This document shows positions 55,863 through 64,000 of a stretch of DNA of 64,000 nucleotides, in pieces. The DNA is taken from assembly GCF_009914755.1 (NCBI RefSeq), contig NC_060941.1. One strand, 5' to 3'. A model generated the notes under the pieces. That model saw nothing but the letters and a program-made list of their open reading frames with translations, did not search any database and was not told the DNA's origin. The stretch is from the human T2T-CHM13v2.0 reference genome, Homo sapiens. A program made the translations under genes and the position numbers. Every line of letters begins with the position of its first letter. Position 1 is the stretch's first letter.

Positions 55863-57548
55863 TCACACTAGCTTCAGCAGCCCAGACAAAGCCCTGGGAG
55901 ACTTCCTTCCCTGAGAGACTGTGGTGCTGGGCAAAGCAACTTGGCTAGTTCTTAGTGACTCGGTTTCTCTTGTCAATGGAGATCAGTGGTGAGGTCTGAC
56001 GTCTGTTTCATGAGAGTTGTGGAGATGAATGGGTTAACAGTTTCTTTTACTGCTCTTTAAGATAAGGTTCCCTGATGAAAAGCAGAGTAAGGTCAAGTGA
56101 GCACTAGAGCAGTCTGCTGATATCCACACGTCCACTGAACACCCAGGAAGCCCCTCGTCTGCCCAGATGGCGGCATGAGATGTGCCACTTCCAGCCTGGG
56201 CCCCAAACCCCTTGCCACTGCTGCGTTCCACAGGAATCGCCACCACCGGGTCACCGCCAGTGACCATTCTAGATTTAAGAACGTCACTTACTATCAACAG
56301 AGACTCTTCAGAGTACTCGAGGTAACAAATTTTGTTCTTCCTGCCTACAGTTGGGACAGTCTATCCAATTACAAGAGAAATGACTTCATCGAAAAATGTA
56401 CTGTGCAAATGAAAAACCACTCTGAGTTCCTCTAAGGACCTGGACTCTGAACTCAACTCGCCAGCCGGGAGGGAGGGTGACTCATCCCACTAGTTATGTC
56501 AGCAGCTCCCTGCACCCCCAAGCAGGCGCAGTGCAGCCTCGGACAGTACCGCCACCCTCGCCAGCTGGCAGCCCAGTGACCCCATGGCCTGGGGCCGATG
56601 GCTTGGGGCCACACAGTCTGCTGACTAGCATCTCTCACTCCACTTCTCTGTAGCTGATAAAGCTAATGTCTGCCAGTCACACCTGCAGCACTGACTGTCG
56701 TGGGGCAAAAGTCATCACCAGCCGCTCTGGCACACAACACGAATCACACCCTATCATGGGGCCGGGACCTCTCGCTGTGCAAGCACACAGATGTGCAAGC
56801 ACACAGAGCCAGCCCTCCTGTGGAACCGACACCAAGGTCGCCCCGAGTCTCTACAGGGGAGTAGCTGGATGCAGGTCCTGTACACAGATGTGAGGATGGC
56901 AACTCTCTGGGGCCTGCAGCAGGGACCTCGTCACCTGCTGGGCAGAAGCATCAAGAAGCAGAACACCAAGGTCTGTGCATTCCAAAGGCACCACCTGCCT
57001 CAAGGTCGCTGAGCACTGCTCAGACCCCCTGGCCTGCAGCCCTGTCCCACCTCGCCCACCGGGGGCACCCCCACACTCTACCAGCCATGCTGCTGAAAGT
57101 CAGATCCTCAAGCTGCCATCAGTGCACAAGGCAGCACAGAGGCGCTCAGTAACTGTGGCTGCAATCTGGCATCGCTGCAGCATTTTGACCTTATACACAA
57201 GTTTTGGCATGCAACAGGTTGAAAATTACAAGCCTGGTTCTTCACCACAGGTTAAATCCGAGAAGCACTACTAGAAGGGGAATGAGAATTTGAAAGACCC
57301 TGAGCCCTGGGTGTCAGATTCAAAACAAACCAAAACCTGGTGACACGCAGATCACCAGGTTGTCTGGGTTGTCTGTTTATACAAAAGACATTCTGTCAAC
57401 AAAACAAATTCAACTCTTCCCTGCAGCTCAACAATCCTGGTCTGCTGTGAGACAGGGCTTTCCTCAGTCCGTGTTTGGGTATCAGTTAATGTTAGTCCTA
57501 CAAAAACAAAATTACGTCCCTCAAGTTCAGCAGCCAAAAGCAGATGGT

Positions 57549-57856
<308 letters not shown>

Positions 57857-59650
57857 GCAGATGGTGAGTTAAGCGAACCTAACCAGAGTGTGGCCCTGTC
57901 CTGGCACAGGAGGGTAATTCTGAATTACCAGCCTGGATGCTGGCAACTCCCATTAAGGATTGTCTTGTCAACAAAAAAAACAGGGAGACGCCTTGAGCAG
58001 CAGGACAAAGGTCAACTCGCAGGGCAGCGGTCAGCAGTACCACGACTTCTCATTACAGATGCTTGAGTTAAGGAGAGTCCAAGGTCAACAGAGGCTACAG
58101 CCCTAACACTGCAGTGAGGAGACCCCAGAAGCTACAGGAAGAACAGGTGGTCGCTCTCCTCTCATGGCTGGTCAGCATCTTGGGGCCCTATTGCATACCA
58201 GGCACCCTGCAGGCTGCCTCTTGAGAAATCAGTCAGTGAGGGGAAAAACGTGTGCTTCAGAGATGAAGCAGTTAGCTCCCAAAAGATGCTTGTGCACATT
58301 ATGAAGTCAGTCCATCCAGGTAACAGGTGGACAAATGGAGGCCCTGACAAGCTGATGGTGCGATGGGATCAAGTACAGATGCCAACAGATTCATCTGTCC
58401 AGCCCACCAGCCAGGTAATCCAGTCCTGCCACTAACCTCCAGAACACACTACAGGTGAGAACAGAGGCAGGACCAGCTGGGCTCTCACTGCCTCTCTGCA
58501 TGGGCCGCCTGCGGGGTGAACACAGCAGGCCTCTCCCTCTAGCCTAGCCCAGCTGAACAGTCCTCTTCCGCCAGACACCCCTGTGGTTCTGGGGCTGGGA
58601 ACTCATGGTCCACATTAAGGACACTGGCTGTTTTCAAATGTTACCAAGTTTATTTCCAGTGGTACTCTGCCAGCATAAGTGAAAGAACTTCTGGTTTATG
58701 GCCACACCACATGGACACGGATGCGGAGGGCGGCACAGGGCCGGGGCCAGGTCACACAACAGGCTGCCAAGGTGTGCGCTCCACAGGTGTGTGTGGGCTG
58801 TGTCACCTTCCCAACCTGCCCTCCTGAAGGGCCTTGCGGATCTGGCAATCTCAGACTGAAGACAGATTGTTCTTTTTGGGGTCCCACTTTCCAAAGCCTG
58901 GGCATTCAAGAAATAGCCCCAAAATACTGCCCCCTTTGAAGGGGCAATTTTGGAACACGACAACCTGGCAGGGCCCTGCAGTGAGCACCCGCCCTCCAAC
59001 TGTCACAGCAGGGTCGGGGCAGGCAGGCCCACACCACGCTTCTAGCCCACAGGCACTCCACTGAAGCACAGCCTTCCCCCCTTCCTGGTCTCAAACATCT
59101 GAAAGCACAGAAAGTCCCCGGTAGAAAAACAAGAACCCAAAAGCCAAGCTCAAAGCAAGGTGAACCCCACCTGGAGGATACCAAAGTGACAACAGTAGGA
59201 ATGGTCTTAACGATACTCATACTAGAATATACACGACACGCAGAGGTCAAGATGAAGACCTAGTTCCTCGATTTATGTGTAACTGGCTGCCCAAACAAAA
59301 CTATGGTGGGGATGACCGATCCATCTCATAGTCTTCAGATCAGCCATCTTTGACTCTAACTGCCATTCTGCTCAGACCCACGCTTCTTTCAAACTGCCTT
59401 ACTCCGGCTAACGTGACCACCTCGCCTTTCCTCCGTGGGGTCGTCTGAAAGGACCACAGTGTAGGCTAGGAGCCAATGCTGATGGGAAAAAAAAAAATCA
59501 GCTGTGCCTAACCCCACTCAAGTAACTGGACGTGTACCCTGATGGGTGGCTGTCTGGGACGGCTGTCTGGGGGCTCCAACCCCAGGGTGTCAGAGCCACA
59601 GCCGCCCGCAATCCCGTATCCAGCATGACTGTATGCCCAGCGCGAGGTGA

Positions 59651-60233
<583 letters not shown>

Positions 60234-60808
60234 TGACCAAGCACTCTGACTTCCCAAACACTGCCAAGAACACATCCAGCTGACCACCTGGTATAAATGT
60301 TTAATAGCCAAACCCAAATGTCTAAAGCCTGCTTACTCAGCAGTCCACTAAGGCATATGTACAGGTTCAAAAGCAACAATATGGCATGTGACAGGGTCAC
60401 CTGGCAGGTTAACCAGGCACCGAAAGTATGAGCCACCCATATGTGTGGATTCGTCCTAACGCTGTCAGCCCACCGGGTCCTGAGTCCTCTCTCTGGTGAC
60501 AAGTGGGAAGGGTGTGAGAACTGGAGACTGTCCACATGTGGCTTCATCTAAAAGGTATGACCAGAGGCATTACTGACATCCCAGGGGATTCCTGACCCTA
60601 GCTGACAGGTGCCCCAGTTAAAACACACCCCAAAGCTAGGGCTGCTGGAACAGAAAACAGCTCCCCTCAAAGGTCTGCAGCAGCCCCTCTGCAGGCACAC
60701 CGCCTCAGGCTACATATCCTCAAATTCAGGGGATCTTGGAATAACTCGTGCATTGCACAATCCCACTAACAAGTGCGGAAAATTAAGTTACTTTAAAATT
60801 ACAAACTT

Positions 60809-61113
<305 letters not shown>

Positions 61114-61499
61114 TTAAGCCAACCTTTCATCACACTTGTGTTCACGTGCATATTTTTCCATTGTAAATATGACACAACCCAAAACCTTCTAATCCCATTG
61201 TTTTTGAAATCTACCTTGAGACTGTTACAGTCTAAAGGACACCTCATGAGTACAACTACCTCATCTGCCTCTCATCTTGCCAGCATCTTAATCCTGTGTG
61301 ACTTTCTCTACATTCACCTAAACTTAACCCTTGCTCATTTGCACTCAGTCACCGCTCCAAGGCCAAGGGGAACCGTTCAGAGAGAACCCCCAGCGGGAGG
61401 GCAAGCCCCACTCCTAGCCGGGCCACTCCCCCGCTCCACACGGCATTTGGGTCTTTCTGACATTTTCCCCCACGAATGCAAGACACCGGGGCACCCTCT

Positions 61500-62700
61500 G
61501 AGGGGGCAGCCAGACAGCCCCGGACCGGGCTGCGGAAGAAAGAGCGTGGCCTTTGTTTACTGCGGTGACCTTAGGCGTAGAGGAAGCCGACGCCCGCTTC
61601 GCGGCCCCAGCCCTACCCCCTCCCCTCCCACGGCCCGCTGCCCCCACCCCCGCCCTGCCCCTCCCCCAGGCCCGCCTCCCCACGCCCCACCCAGCCCTTC
61701 CCGAGTCCGCTCCCCACGACCCTGCCCCTACCCAGGTCGGCTCCCCAGAGACCATGCCCCACCCCGGGTCAGCTCCCCTATCCCCTCCTTCCCCAACCCT
61801 CCCCTCTCCAGACCCTGCTCCCCCGACCTGGTCCTGCCCCTCCCCCACGTCCGCTCCCCACTGCCCTCCCCACCCCTGGCCGCGCTAGCCTAGTGGCCGT
61901 TGGGTTCTGGCCACGATCCGGCGGTGCCGGGACTTGCGCGGAGACCCCGCGGGGGCCACCACTTCCTTCCGCGATCGCGCTTGGTCTTGGCAGCCGCAGG
62001 GCCCGGGTCTTCGGGCGGCGGGCGGGGGCGGCGGGGCCTCACCGAGATAGATGTCTCCGAAGGAGCCGCTGCCGATCTTCCGGCCCAGCCGGTACCTGTT
62101 CCCGACTCTCAGCTCCATGGCGGCGGCGGCCCGATTCGCTCCTGCCCTCCCGGCCGCTTCCTGGGTCTGAACTCTGGGAGGCGGCGCCGCTGCTGCCGCT
62201 ACTGCGGGTCCGGCTCCCGGCTCCGCCCCCCTCACGGCCCCGCTTTCACCATCGCTTTCCTGTCGCCCCGCCGCTCCCAGCGCCTCAATACGGGGCGGAT
62301 GGGACAGTCCGAGCGCCGCCGCCGCTGCTCCGGCCCCTACCGGTCCCGCTTGCCCTCTCCCCGCCGCGGATGGACTCGGATCTTCCGGGCCTAAATCCCC
62401 TTTCAGCTGCCTAAAGGAGCCGCCGCCATCGCGCTGTGACGTCACTTCCCCTAGCAACCCGGCGGGGCGGGGCCGCGGCGCTCCAGGGGCGGGGCCGGGC
62501 GGGGCGAGCGCTCCAGGCCTCCTCCCGACCCTGCGCCGTGCCCAGCCCCTCTGCCCTCCTGTTACCCCGGGACCTCGGGCCGCCAGCCCCTTCCACGTGC
62601 AGGCTCCTGCTGCTCTCGCGGGGGCTTTTCGTGTGTCCCCCGAGATGTCGAGGAAGCCAGGTGAGTTCCTCGCGACAGGCGGTGCCCTTTGCAGGAGGGG
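61500..62700 (-). promoter_or_regulatory. CSNK1D: CSNK1D CpG island promoter: CRE TGACGTCA (62437-62444), adjacent ETS, YY1-like GATGGCGG, GC boxes, E-box CACGTG (62594-62599)
   Basis: CpG-dense around exon 1; motifs read directly. Confidence 0.88.
62043..62118 (-). CDS. CSNK1D: Casein kinase 1 delta, exon 1 coding part
   Basis: gccgccATGg; [26 protein letters not shown]; donor G|gtgagg; 76 nt. Confidence 0.99.
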
Positions 62701-64000
62701 ACAGGTAGCTGAGGCGTGGACAGAGTGACAGGCCAGGCTCAGGGGACACAGGTGAGACCCCCTCACTGGGCTGCCAGTTCCCGGGCTTGGGGCATCCCAG
62801 TACGTCAGCGTCTGCGGCCTTACCTCCTGACACCTAAGGCCAGAGACAGAGCAGGCCCGCGCCCTGGGAGGTCCTGATGTCCAGCCTGAAGATTGAGGAC
62901 AAAGCCACCACCTTTCACAAAATGAGGCCAGACCACCTGCCTCCCTCCAGTCCCTGCGGCCTGGAGACGGAGTCAACATTCTTATCTGTGTTGGATCTGA
63001 ATGTTCCTCCTTGCAAAGGAAACAAGGAGTGGACGTTCAGGCTGATGGCCAGCTTCAAAGATCGGGGCCTTTGATTCCCATCACTGGGAAGAAAGCCCTT
63101 CAGACAAGCCCCCCCAGGCTGCAGGTGCATGGGGACCTTGAAGAACCCGTCCCCATGGTCCCACGTCCATGTGTCTCGAGACCTGTCGCATCCTCGCTGA
63201 AACTCAAGAATGTGAAACAGGTGAAGGTGTGTTTTGACGCATTAGCATACCAGGGCTGTGGTGTGGGCACCGCCGTGTGAGTGAGACAGCAGCCTCAGCC
63301 CGTCCAGGTCACTGCAGAAGAGGAAAGCAGCCCCCACAGGCCCCACAGTGGTGCTCGCCTTTCTCCACCCCCCAGTCTTTCCTCTCCACCCCTCAGCTCC
63401 AAACAGCTGGAGGTCAGGTCGGGGAGACGGGCGTCCATTCCCGAAATTACATAGCAGGGCCTGGAGACAGGAGATGCCGCCGGCCAGACCACCATCAGTC
63501 ACTAATGAGGGATGGGCAGTCGGAACTGCCCAGTTTCTGAGTTACAGAAGCCGGGGGTGGGGGGCTGCCAGACTAGTAAAACTGACCTTGTTGGCGGAAT
63601 CGCTCACGGCTTTTCTGTTGATGAACAGAGTCCAGCTCTCCCACGGGTGGCTGTGATCCTTCTTCCTGGGGAGTCCTGCTGTCCCTGACTAGGGGCACCT
63701 GCCCACCTGTCAGCTGCTCCTCCCTCGGCTGGTCCTCCTGGGCTCTGATGGCCCCAACATTTCTAGCTCTTCTCACCCATAGTGCCCCAAGCTTCATGCA
63801 GCTGCGGCAGGTACTGTGCCCGTCTGCCTGGCTTTTGTGTGTTTGTGTCTTGACTCTATAACCCGTGCACACGGACTGGGCTGTGGTGTAGTGGGGATGG
63901 CAGGAGCCCTGGGAACATGCGGGCTGGGCAAGGTGAGGCAGGCTGATTGCTGTGGCTCCCCCACCACCAGCCCCAGCCACAACAAACTGACAAAGGAAGA

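Overview
Human genomic DNA: GC-rich, Alu- and minisatellite-dense, with the gene order of distal chr17q25.3. The window holds two complete genes arranged tail-to-tail. SLC16A3 (MCT4, + strand) has a non-coding exon 1 at ~17.8 kb and four coding exons at 24743-27710 (465 aa), with the mirtron MIR6787 at the end of the intron after the first coding exon. CSNK1D (casein kinase 1 delta, - strand) has its ATG at 62118, eight common exons and three alternative C-terminal exons giving 415/409/427-aa isoforms. The CpG island at 0.3-1.4 kb is probably the CCDC57 promoter (from recalled gene order). The rest is Alus, MLT1 LTRs, old L1 and DNA-transposon fragments, and about seven VNTRs (~5 kb). Nearly all long ORFs in the supplied track come from GC-rich, VNTR or Alu sequence. 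I found no prokaryote-type system (CRISPR, operon, etc.). The best leads are: two locally templated insertions flanked by direct repeats; a recursive-splice signature at the start of the SLC16A3 ATG exon; a possible CSNK1D/SLC16A3 3' overlap through a dual-use AU motif; an RBFOX cluster at the CK1d1/d2 switch; CSNK1D uORFs; and a Kozak-initiated mucin-like VNTR ORF in CSNK1D intron 2. Exon coordinates were read by hand from splice signals and reading frame; repeat boundaries are approximate.
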